A stretch of 64,000 nucleotides of DNA from Candidatus Micrarchaeota archaeon. Lineage in GTDB: Archaea; Micrarchaeota; Micrarchaeia; Micrarchaeales; Micrarchaeaceae. The notes under the pieces were generated by a model that saw only the letters and a list, made by a program, of their open reading frames with translations, made no database searches and was not told the DNA's origin. The position numbers were made by a program, and so were the translations under genes. The stretch spans positions 47,061-111,060 of the forward strand of contig JAKATX010000001.1 of assembly GCA_021818545.1 (NCBI GenBank). The letters run 5' to 3'. Each line of letters opens with the position of its first letter. Within the stretch, counting starts at the first letter, position 1. Positions 16,368 through 25,231 of the stretch are shown piece after piece.

Positions 16368-18809
16368 ATGGAGGGCATGCATAATTCTACAGTAGGCCAT
16401 GAGGAAGGAGCGAAGCCCATGACACGCAAGCATTACAATGCAGTCAGCATGGCGAATGCAGTGGTGAGAAACGGCAACCTGCGGTTAGGGGTTGCGCTTT
16501 TCATAGTGTACCTGGCTTTCGCCTGCATAGCGTTCTATCCGCTGACCTCCAACATTACGGGCAACGCGCCCGGATCCGGCGGCACCGCCTACCAGAATCT
16601 CTGGGACTTATGGTGGCCCGGCTATGCGCTGCTTAGCCTGCACTCGAACATTTACTTCACGAACCTGCTCTACACGCCGCTGGGCGTCAACCTTGTGTCT
16701 GACAGCTTCGCGCCGCTAATGGGGCTCCTGTCGCTGCCGTTCCAGGCGGTCAACCTCGCCTTCGCCTACAACATTATGCTGCTCATTGGATTCGCCCTTT
16801 CGGGAGTCACGATGTTCATACTTGCGGATTACATAGTCAAGGACAAGCGCGCCGCATTCGCAGCAGGGCTCATCTTCGCATTCAGCGCGTTCCACATCGC
16901 ACAAGGTTACGCCAACATAAGCTGGATAAACGTAGAATGGGTGCCACTGGCGCTTTACTTTGCGATAAGGATGGTGAGAGGTGAGGCCAATTACACAAAC
17001 GCATTTGAGCTGGGCGCATCGGCGATGCTGGCCGTGTTCATGGGCGGGATGGAGCAGGGCGTCGAGATCTTCATGACGGTAGTGCTCGTACTCAGCGCGT
17101 ATGCCTTATGGAAAAGCACCAGGAAGAGGGTGCTAGACCGCAGGCTCGTTACATTCATGACAGCCGCGCTGGCCGTCGCGTTCATACTTGGTTCATGGGG
17201 CTTCATTCCGATGATCAATGCCGCGCTGCAACCTTCCGGGGCGGCGCAGAGCCTCGCGTATAACAATGTGACTTACAGCAACGCGTGGAGCGACAGCCCG
17301 CTTTCATTCTTCGTTCCGAGCTATTACAACGGCCTTTTCGATAACAACCCCGCCACTTACTTTACTTCTGTGAACCAGAGCGGAAGCGTTAGCTCCCTGT
17401 TCCTGCCGTATCCCAGCGAAAGAATCGCTTATATCGGCTACTTGGCCCTTGCGCTCGCACTTTACGGCATTTACGTAGACTACAGGAGAAGCTTCCTATG
17501 GATGGGCCTTGCGGCCATATTCGGGATATTGTGCCTGGGGCCTGCCGCGCTGCTGTATTCCGCTTATAACGCCATACCTATTATAAACATAATAAGCCAG
17601 CCAGACCGGTTCTATCTGGTGTTCAGCATCGCCATTGCGATCATGGCCGCCTTCGGATTCAAGGACGTGCTGGGCAGATTGGGCAGCAATGCAGGTGGCC
17701 GCAACAGGATAATGCTGGCAATGGCGCTATTCGTGATAATATTCATGGTAGAGAACAACGGCGTTGCGCTGAGCAGACCGCTCGGGAGCCAGGTCACCAT
17801 AAACGCCACGATACCGCCATTCTATAGCTTCATAGGCACAAACAGCACCTACTCCGGCCTGAATTTCTCAGTATTGGAACTGCCAGTGATGCAGGACCAG
17901 TACTATTCCGCGGATCCCTCGCTTTTCGCGGGCCAGGCCGCGTATTACGAAACGGCGATGCATAAACCGATAGTAGGCGGCTTCGCCGGGCCGTTCAATA
18001 CCACGCAGAAGCTCTCGCTATGCAACGTTCCACTAATAGAAGCCGCCACTTACATCGAACAGGGCGACCAGAAGCAGCTCTCGCTATGCACTTATGGAGG
18101 AGGAGGCCCGACGTACACAATTGCAGAAGACGGATTGGAGTTCTCGCCAAAACCCACATTGCAGAGAACCAGGAACGAATCCTTGCTTCTTCTTAACGAT
18201 TACAACACCGGGTTCGTAGTAGTCAACAAGGATGCGTACAACCAGACATCGCTCAGCGAACTGCTTGGTTACCTTGTGGGCACATTCGGCAACTGGGTCT
18301 ACATGGACAACTACACAGTAGTGTTCTCCACGCTGAACGCAACTCTGAACGAGGAGTACAAGGGTTTCGTGACTTACCCGATACTGACACAGTGGGGCGC
18401 GGTGGAGGAGCTGGTCAACGGCACGCAGCAGTATTTCTGGACGCCGATCAAGAACGCCAGCGCCTTATATGGCGGCCTCATCGTATCTGCACCGTACGCG
18501 AACCAGAGCAACATAGCATCCAAGGCATTTTCTACTGCGACTTATTACGTGAACGCGAGCGTAACAGTCAATGCAGGGACGAACTTCGGAAACGCCAGCC
18601 TGCTTATTGACGAGGTCAGCGCGAGCGGCAACCCAAGGCAACTGGCAGACATCGCGCTTACGCCCAACTTCACAACCACGACATTCGACACAAGCCTGAT
18701 TTCAGGGCCGATGGGCAACACTCTATTCTTTGTGCAGAAGGTCGCAAACCCGGTGAATGGGGCGCAGCAACTCATCTTCATAAGGAACATATCCATAACG
18801 CAGCAGTGA
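16368..18809 (+). CDS. Polytopic membrane protein with a large C-terminal extracytoplasmic domain, putatively a GT-C-fold glycosyltransferase (YfhO/PMT-like)
   Basis: About 12 predicted TM helices in the first ~470 aa, then a ~340-aa sequon-rich soluble domain. The architecture is typical of GT-C enzymes. No WWDYG motif is present, so it is not a canonical AglB. Confidence 0.4.
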   Translation: MEGMHNSTVGHEEGAKPMTRKHYNAVSMANAVVRNGNLRLGVALFIVYLAFACIAFYPLTSNITGNAPGSGGTAYQNLWDLWWPGYALLSLHSNIYFTNLLYTPLGVNLVSDSFAPLMGLLSLPFQAVNLAFAYNIMLLIGFALSGVTMFILADYIVKDKRAAFAAGLIFAFSAFHIAQGYANISWINVEWVPLALYFAIRMVRGEANYTNAFELGASAMLAVFMGGMEQGVEIFMTVVLVLSAYALWKSTRKRVLDRRLVTFMTAALAVAFILGSWGFIPMINAALQPSGAAQSLAYNNVTYSNAWSDSPLSFFVPSYYNGLFDNNPATYFTSVNQSGSVSSLFLPYPSERIAYIGYLALALALYGIYVDYRRSFLWMGLAAIFGILCLGPAALLYSAYNAIPIINIISQPDRFYLVFSIAIAIMAAFGFKDVLGRLGSNAGGRNRIMLAMALFVIIFMVENNGVALSRPLGSQVTINATIPPFYSFIGTNSTYSGLNFSVLELPVMQDQYYSADPSLFAGQAAYYETAMHKPIVGGFAGPFNTTQKLSLCNVPLIEAATYIEQGDQKQLSLCTYGGGGPTYTIAEDGLEFSPKPTLQRTRNESLLLLNDYNTGFVVVNKDAYNQTSLSELLGYLVGTFGNWVYMDNYTVVFSTLNATLNEEYKGFVTYPILTQWGAVEELVNGTQQYFWTPIKNASALYGGLIVSAPYANQSNIASKAFSTATYYVNASVTVNAGTNFGNASLLIDEVSASGNPRQLADIALTPNFTTTTFDTSLISGPMGNTLFFVQKVANPVNGAQQLIFIRNISITQQ

Positions 18810-18815
18810 CCACGC

Positions 18816-19463
18816 ATGGACGGGCCTGAAATAATAATCGACCAGCGCGAAAGGAACGGGGAGCTGCTCCGCAAATTAGAGGAGCTGGGCGCTACGATCG
18901 CCGTTGCTACGCTGCATGTCGGCGATTACATAATATCCGACAGGGTGTGCGTTGAGAGGAAGACGATATCGGATTTCGAAAGCTCGCTGATAAGCGGCAG
19001 GCTTTTCGAGCAGGCGAAGCGCATGAAGGAGCATTACGCTTCCCCAATACTTATGCTGGAAGGCGACAGGGATGGATTCAGGATGCATGGAAGGGCGATA
19101 ACCGGAGCAATAGTATCTCTTTACATAAACCACGGCATGCAAGTAATAACATCCGAAAGCCCGGAGGAAAGCGCATCCATATTATTCAGCATGGCCGCGC
19201 AGGAGCAGGATAGGGCGGAGCGCATGCCATCGATGAAGGGGGGAGCCAGGGCTTATACTGCCTCACAGTTCCAGGAGTTCATAGTCGGGAACCTGCCAGG
19301 GATAGGACCCAAGCTAGCCAAAGAACTGCTCAAACACTTCGGCACCATAAACAGGATAGCGAATTCCGGAGTGGATGAGCTCGCAGAAGTAAACAAGGTC
19401 GGCAAGAAGAAGGCAAAGCTCATCCACGACACGCTCAACGGACAGTATGATGTAAGTGAATAG
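18816..19463 (+). CDS. xpf: ERCC4-type structure-specific endonuclease (short XPF/Hef-nuclease form) with a C-terminal HhH2 domain
   Basis: ERCC4 signature GDYIISDRVCVERKTISDF, plus helix-hairpin-helix motifs GNLPGIGPKLAKELL and VNKVGKKKAKLI. Confidence 0.85.
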   Translation: MDGPEIIIDQRERNGELLRKLEELGATIAVATLHVGDYIISDRVCVERKTISDFESSLISGRLFEQAKRMKEHYASPILMLEGDRDGFRMHGRAITGAIVSLYINHGMQVITSESPEESASILFSMAAQEQDRAERMPSMKGGARAYTASQFQEFIVGNLPGIGPKLAKELLKHFGTINRIANSGVDELAEVNKVGKKKAKLIHDTLNGQYDVSE

Positions 19464-19475
19464 CTTAGCCGCTTA

Positions 19476-19967
19476 TCAATCTCGAAGCCTGGCGACTGCC
19501 ATCGCCTGCAGCAATGCTTCCGATACGCTGCCGTTTGGCTTCACGCCCAGCCTTGAAACGGCGGATATTTCATGCTTCCTTGTAGCCTTAAACTCGGTAT
19601 CGCTTTTCATGTACTTCTTGATTTCCCTGTAAGCGGATACGTCGTTGGAGAAAAGCACGAACCTTTTTGGGGACTTTGCCCCTACCCTTTCTATCGCCTC
19701 GGTTATCTGCTTTGTCATCGCGGCAAATAGCAGCATCTCCATCGACAGGCTTTTGGACATGTTTCTGCAGCCACTTACTGCCAGGCGCGCGTTTATGTAA
19801 GCGCCGACCAGGTGAGTGCGGTTAGCAATGCTGCCATAATCGAACAATTGTATCGCCACCCTCTTGCTTTGATGCTTTGAGAGTATCCGCACTAATTGGC
19901 TTATGCCCAAGGCTGATGAGCATGATCGTATTATGAGATTCTCTGCACCGATGTCCTCCGCATCCAT
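19476..19967 (-). CDS. cgi121: KEOPS complex subunit Cgi121-like
   Basis: The pattern IQLFDYGSIANRTHLVGAYINARLA...SLSMEMLLFAAMTKQITEAIERVGAK...FVLFS parallels archaeal Cgi121 as I recall it (alignment from memory). Confidence 0.55.
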   Translation of the reverse strand: MDAEDIGAENLIIRSCSSALGISQLVRILSKHQSKRVAIQLFDYGSIANRTHLVGAYINARLAVSGCRNMSKSLSMEMLLFAAMTKQITEAIERVGAKSPKRFVLFSNDVSAYREIKKYMKSDTEFKATRKHEISAVSRLGVKPNGSVSEALLQAMAVARLRD

Positions 19968-20090
19968 GGTACTGCTTAGTCAGACAATATTATTATTTTG
20001 ATGTGACCGTGAATGCCGTAGGGGTTTACCTACTTGCTTGATTCACACGCACAAAAATAAATATCTGCCATTAAAGAATTATCCGGTTGC

Positions 20091-20417
20091 ATGGTATCTA
20101 TAAGCGACTTCTCCGCCATAGACATCAGGGTAGGGCGGATACTCGAAGTGGACGACATGGAAACCGCAAGGAAGCCGATGTACAAGCTAAAAGTGGACTT
20201 GGGGGAATTGGGCACTAGGACCATAGTTGCAGGGATAAAGGCATTCTACGCCAAGGAACAGCTTTTGGGCAGGAAGATAATAGTCGTGGCTAACCTTGAG
20301 CAGAAAAGCATAGCCGGAGTGATATCCGATGGCATGCTGTTGGCGGCCGGGGACGACCAGCTGATAGCGCTATTGCAGCCGGACAAGGACATGGAGGTAG
20401 GCTCGAAAGTCGGCTGA
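20091..20417 (+). CDS. Stand-alone tRNA-binding domain protein (Trbp111/CsaA/MetRS-C-terminal-domain type OB fold)
   Basis: DIRVGRILEV...KLKVDLGELGTRTIVAGI...LLGRKIIVVANLEQKSIAGVISDGMLLA is the classic tRNA_bind pattern. It lies 26 nt upstream of metG. Confidence 0.85.
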   Translation: MVSISDFSAIDIRVGRILEVDDMETARKPMYKLKVDLGELGTRTIVAGIKAFYAKEQLLGRKIIVVANLEQKSIAGVISDGMLLAAGDDQLIALLQPDKDMEVGSKVG

Positions 20418-20443
20418 CAGAACGCAACTACGGAAAGCACGCT

Positions 20444-21928
20444 ATGGAAGGAATTGATTTTATGGCAGACGTAAAGAAGTTTTACATCACTACGCCGATT
20501 TATTACGTAACTGACAAGCCGCTGCTCGGAAACTCTTATCCCACAGTAATTGCCGACGTTATTGCACGCTGGCACAGGCTACGCGGAGACGATGTATTCT
20601 TCCTCGTAGGGACGGACGAACACGGGGAGAAGGTGGAGACAGCAGCGAGAACTGCAGGGAAGAATCCGAAGGAGTTCGTAGACGACATAGTGGGCGTTTA
20701 CAAAGACGCGTGGCAGCAGCTCTGCATTTCATATGACTATTTCATAAGGACCAGCGATCCGAACCACGAGGCCATGGTATCCCAATTCATAGAGAAGATA
20801 GCAAAAGGCGGCGACATCTACAAAGGTTTCTATGAGGATTGGTACTGCGTGCCTGACGAAACATTCTGGACCGAACTGCAGCTCAAGGATGGCAAATGCC
20901 CGGAGTGCGGCAGGCCGGTGAAAAAGGTTAAGGAGGAGTGCTACTATTTCAAGCTCAGCAAGTACCAGCAAGCGCTTCTTGAGCTGTATGAGAAGAACCC
21001 CGCGTTCCTATCCCCAAAGCATAGGTCAAAGGAGATAATCAACAGGGTCAAGGCAGGATTGAACGACATAAGCATAACGCGGTCTACCGTGAAATGGGGC
21101 GTGCCGTTCCCGCTCGACAAGAGCCATACCATATATGTTTGGGTGGACGCATTATTCAACTATATAACGGCATTAGGGGGCCCATCTGACGGCAGATTCG
21201 CCAGGTTCTGGCCTGCCGACGTACACCTTGTCGGCAAGGAGATTAACTGGTTCCACTCTGTAATATGGCCTGCGCTGCTCATGTCTGCAGGCATAGAGCT
21301 GCCGCGGATGGTGTTCGCACACGGATGGTGGACCGCTGAAGGCAAGAAGATGAGCAAGAGCATGGGCAACTCAGTGAACCCGATGGATATCGCCAACAAG
21401 TATTCGGTAGACGCGCTGCGATACGTGCTGGTCAGGGAGATGCCGCTGGGCGATGACGGCGACTACTCGGAGAAGTCGCTGATTACCAGACTGAACAATG
21501 AACTAGTTGCAGAACTTGGCAATCTTATAAATAGGACACTGACGATAGCGGAAAAATTCGACGGAAAAATAGAGGGCAAGCCCGAGCTTGACGCTGCGCT
21601 CGACATCGGTGCCATAGATGCGCACATGCAGAAAAATGACACTTTCAATGCGCTAAACGATGTGTTCACATTTATAAGAGCTGCCAACAAATATGTGAAT
21701 GACAAGCAGCCATGGAAACTGAACGGCTCGGAACTTGCAGGAGTGCTTTACAACTTGCTTGAAGCCGCGCGGATAATATCCATACTGATATATCCGTTCA
21801 TGCCGCAGACCGGGGAGTGCATCGCCGTGCAGCTCGGCACTAAAGTAGGGAAACTGGAGGACTGCAAGTTCGGGAATTTCGATGGCAAGGTGGCCAAGGG
21901 CGGCTACCTTTTCAAGAAGGTATTGTAA
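20444..21928 (+). CDS. metG: Methionyl-tRNA synthetase core, lacking the C-terminal tRNA-binding domain, with HIGH replaced by LLGN
   Basis: FYITTPIYYV...VIADVIARWHRLRGDDVFFLVGTDEHG and KMSKS. An alternative start is at 20462 (MADVKK). Confidence 0.9.
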   Translation: MEGIDFMADVKKFYITTPIYYVTDKPLLGNSYPTVIADVIARWHRLRGDDVFFLVGTDEHGEKVETAARTAGKNPKEFVDDIVGVYKDAWQQLCISYDYFIRTSDPNHEAMVSQFIEKIAKGGDIYKGFYEDWYCVPDETFWTELQLKDGKCPECGRPVKKVKEECYYFKLSKYQQALLELYEKNPAFLSPKHRSKEIINRVKAGLNDISITRSTVKWGVPFPLDKSHTIYVWVDALFNYITALGGPSDGRFARFWPADVHLVGKEINWFHSVIWPALLMSAGIELPRMVFAHGWWTAEGKKMSKSMGNSVNPMDIANKYSVDALRYVLVREMPLGDDGDYSEKSLITRLNNELVAELGNLINRTLTIAEKFDGKIEGKPELDAALDIGAIDAHMQKNDTFNALNDVFTFIRAANKYVNDKQPWKLNGSELAGVLYNLLEAARIISILIYPFMPQTGECIAVQLGTKVGKLEDCKFGNFDGKVAKGGYLFKKVL

Positions 21929-22024
21929 TACCTTGCAGAACATAGGACATTTATGCATTTTCAAGTCAAATAAGGAATATTGCGGGATACGCATTTGCGT
22001 TAACTAACTTATATATCAAATCAA

Positions 22025-24103
22025 GTGAAGCCGATGACAGACGCTATTACCGAAGGCATGAAGATAAAATTCCAGGACTTCTTCGAGCGCTATTACAGGG
22101 ATGGAATAAACGACATGATAGTCGGACTGCCGGCAAAAAGGAGCTTGATGATAAACGTCAAGGACCTCGAGATGTTCGATCCGGATCTGGCCAGCGAACT
22201 TATAGGCAAGCCGGACGTAGTGCTGGAAGCGGCCGACCAGGCGCTAAAGGCAAAATGTGAAGGCGTAGAGGTAGGAGATGCGGAGACGCACGCGCGCTTC
22301 TTCAGCCAGAGCGTAAACGCGCCGCTGGTGCAGGATGTAGGCGCCATGTACATAGGCAAGCTCATAATGCTCGACAGCCTCGTGGTGAAGAGATCCGAGA
22401 TAATACCGCGCGTGCACGTGGGCGCTTACAAATGCTCGCTATGCGATGCAGTCTACAGATTCAGGGTCAACAAGGAGGAGGTGCCGGATGTATGCCCCCA
22501 ATGCAAAAGGAAGTCGCTAAAGGACATGCCTGAAGACTCCAAGTTCATAAACCTGCAGAAGCTCGCAGTGCAGGACCCGCTGGAAAAGCTTAGGGGAAAT
22601 TCTCCGACATGGCAGCTCGAGGTATGGATTGAGGACGACCTGGTCAATAGCGTGATACCTGGCGACAGGGTAGACCTGACCGGCATACTGAGGATACGGG
22701 AAAGACGCAATGCGAAGGGGAAACAGGACAGGGATTTTTACACGATGTTCCTAGACACAGTTTCCATAATGCACAAGCAGAGGGAGTTCTCCGACCTTTC
22801 GATATCCGAGGAGGAGGAGAGGCAGATTAGGGAATTCGCAAAGGATCCGCAGATATTTGATAAGATAACGCGATCCATCGCGCCATCAATATACGGTTAT
22901 GACGAGATAAAGCAGTCAGTCGCGCTTCAGTTATTCGGCGGCACACCCGGCAAGACCCTGGTAGACGGGGGGCCGATAAGAAGCGACATGCACATATTGT
23001 TGATAGGGGACCCTGGAAGCGCTAAGACCAGGGTACTGCAGTCGGTTGCGAGGCTGGTGCCAAAGGGCATATACGTAAGCGGCAAATCAGTTACCGGAGG
23101 AGGCATGACAGCTGTTGCCGAAAGAGACGAGTTCTCGGAAGGTGGATGGACGCTTAAGGCCGGGGCCTTGGTTTTGGGGTCTGGCGGAATCGTATGCATC
23201 GACGAGTTCGATAAGATAGGGGATGAGGATAGGGCATCGCTCCACGAGGCGCTGGAATCGCAGACGATTAGCGTTGCAAAGGCTGGCATAGTGGCCACGT
23301 TCAACGCCAAGGCGGCAGTGCTTGCTGCTGCAAACCCGAAGTATGGCAGGTTCGACCCTAACATGTATCCCTCGGAGCAGTTTGACATACCGCCCACGCT
23401 GCTGTCAAGATTTGACCTGATATTCCCGATAAAAGACCAGATGGACGAAGAGCAGGACAAGAACATAGCGAAGCACATACTCATACAGCACGAGGCCGCA
23501 GGTGCAGTCATAGCCGAGATAGAGAACTATAAGCAGGTGGAGCTGCCGCCCATAGATGAGCTGCTGCTGCGGAAGTACATTGCATTCGCAAAGAGAAGCG
23601 TAATGCCCCGCCTGGGGCCGGATGCTGCGAACAAGATTCAGACGTATTACGTGGAACTTAGGAAGGCCGGGCTAAAGCAGGGTGCCGTGCCCATAACGCC
23701 CAGGCAGATAGAAGGGCTCGTCAGGATGGCGGAGGCAAGCGCCAAGACCAGGCTTTCTCCCACAGTTGAGCTGCAGGACGCGGAAAGGGCCATATGGCTG
23801 AGCGAGTTCATGCTGAAAACTCTTGCGGTAGACAGGGGCGGAAGGAAGGACATAGATATAATATTGACAGGAATGCCCAGAGAGAAGGTGGATAAGATAA
23901 ATACAGTGCTTTCAATAATAAGGAACCTGCAAGAGAAGGAAGGCAGCGCCAGGATGCAGAGCATAAGGGAAGAGGGGGAGAAAGCCGGACTCGACCTGGG
24001 CACCATAGATAAGCTAATATCCGAGCTTGAGAAGAGCGGCGACATCTACACGCCGAGGCCCGGATTCATCATGATACCGAAGGACAGGGGAGAGAGGGAG
24101 TGA
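22025..24103 (+). CDS. mcm: MCM replicative helicase
   Basis: Zn motif CSLC...CPQC, Walker A GDPGSAKT, Walker B CIDEFDK, arginine-finger SRFDL and a winged-helix C-terminus. The start may be ATG 22034. Confidence 0.95.
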   Translation: MKPMTDAITEGMKIKFQDFFERYYRDGINDMIVGLPAKRSLMINVKDLEMFDPDLASELIGKPDVVLEAADQALKAKCEGVEVGDAETHARFFSQSVNAPLVQDVGAMYIGKLIMLDSLVVKRSEIIPRVHVGAYKCSLCDAVYRFRVNKEEVPDVCPQCKRKSLKDMPEDSKFINLQKLAVQDPLEKLRGNSPTWQLEVWIEDDLVNSVIPGDRVDLTGILRIRERRNAKGKQDRDFYTMFLDTVSIMHKQREFSDLSISEEEERQIREFAKDPQIFDKITRSIAPSIYGYDEIKQSVALQLFGGTPGKTLVDGGPIRSDMHILLIGDPGSAKTRVLQSVARLVPKGIYVSGKSVTGGGMTAVAERDEFSEGGWTLKAGALVLGSGGIVCIDEFDKIGDEDRASLHEALESQTISVAKAGIVATFNAKAAVLAAANPKYGRFDPNMYPSEQFDIPPTLLSRFDLIFPIKDQMDEEQDKNIAKHILIQHEAAGAVIAEIENYKQVELPPIDELLLRKYIAFAKRSVMPRLGPDAANKIQTYYVELRKAGLKQGAVPITPRQIEGLVRMAEASAKTRLSPTVELQDAERAIWLSEFMLKTLAVDRGGRKDIDIILTGMPREKVDKINTVLSIIRNLQEKEGSARMQSIREEGEKAGLDLGTIDKLISELEKSGDIYTPRPGFIMIPKDRGERE

Positions 24104-24113
24104 GGGTGTTTTT

Positions 24114-25100
24114 GTGGCGCTTAGGGTCATAGAGTATAGGCAGATGTCGCAGATACTTGTAATGTTCATGATAGTCCAGTTCTTCGGGCTGCTTCTTGCC
24201 ACGCAGTGGTACTACGGGCTGCCTGCATCATACCTTTCGAATACGCAGGTGGTATCCGGAGCCGCAAGCACACTGCTGTACATAGCTTACATAGTGGGCT
24301 TCAGCATCCTCATAGTAATAGTTATGCGGTTCTATAAGGGCCAAATGCTCTTCAGGCTGCTGGAGGCACTGGTTATTTTCATATCCACTTTCTTCGTTTT
24401 CCTGATAATAGCGGGAACGCTGAACAGTTCTGCATACGTCAGCCTTGCCGGCTCGCCCCTGACCATAGACTTCATAGCGGCGGTGGCGGCGGCGCTGCTT
24501 CTGGTCTTGTTCAAGAACAAGTGGCCGCGGCTGAGAAACACCACTGCCATCATAGCAAGCGTAGGCGTCGGCGTTGTGCTTGGGATAAGCTTCCCGTTCT
24601 ACTTCGCGTACCTTTTCATGGTGGTGCTAGCGGTCTACGATTTCATAGCCGTGTTCGTGACAAAGCACATGATAACCATGGCGAAAGCTATGTCATCGAT
24701 GAACCTCTCTTTCCTCATCGGCGTCAATGAGGTCGAGGCTGTGCCAGAAAAGGCACTGAGCAAAAAGGAGGTTAGGGGATATAGGAAGGAACTGGCGGAA
24801 GCCAGCAGGAAGAATCCGACAATAAGGGAGATAGTCAATAGCAAACTGGTACCGTTCTCCGCACATATAGAATTAGGGACGGGGGATCTTGGGGTGCCGC
24901 TCATGCTCGCGGTTGCCGCGTATGGGGTCAATCTTAACTTCACGCTCAGCCTTTTCGTTACAGTAGGCGCCATAGGTGGGCTGATAACAACCATGTACAT
25001 ACTTAGGAAATACAAGAGGGCGCTGCCGGCCATCCCGCCGCTGCTGGGAGGGATAACCGTCGCCATGCTCGTGTACCTCTTGATTTACGGCGCCTTGTGA
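24114..25100 (+). CDS. Presenilin/signal-peptide-peptidase homologue (A22 intramembrane aspartyl protease)
   Basis: YD motif (LAVYDFIAVF), GxGD motif (LGTGDLGVP) and PAL-like motif (ALPAIPP), all in TM segments. GTG start is preceded by GAGGGTG. Confidence 0.8.
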   Translation: MALRVIEYRQMSQILVMFMIVQFFGLLLATQWYYGLPASYLSNTQVVSGAASTLLYIAYIVGFSILIVIVMRFYKGQMLFRLLEALVIFISTFFVFLIIAGTLNSSAYVSLAGSPLTIDFIAAVAAALLLVLFKNKWPRLRNTTAIIASVGVGVVLGISFPFYFAYLFMVVLAVYDFIAVFVTKHMITMAKAMSSMNLSFLIGVNEVEAVPEKALSKKEVRGYRKELAEASRKNPTIREIVNSKLVPFSAHIELGTGDLGVPLMLAVAAYGVNLNFTLSLFVTVGAIGGLITTMYILRKYKRALPAIPPLLGGITVAMLVYLLIYGAL

Positions 25101-25231
25101 CATACTGCGAGGCAGCACGCATACGCTGCCGAATAGTATAAAAAGTTCTAAATACTTTTAATGCTGCAAGTAGTTCCGAGTGCGTGAAAAGCAGTGGATC
25201 CTTACTGAGGATCCGGCATTGGGGGTTATAA

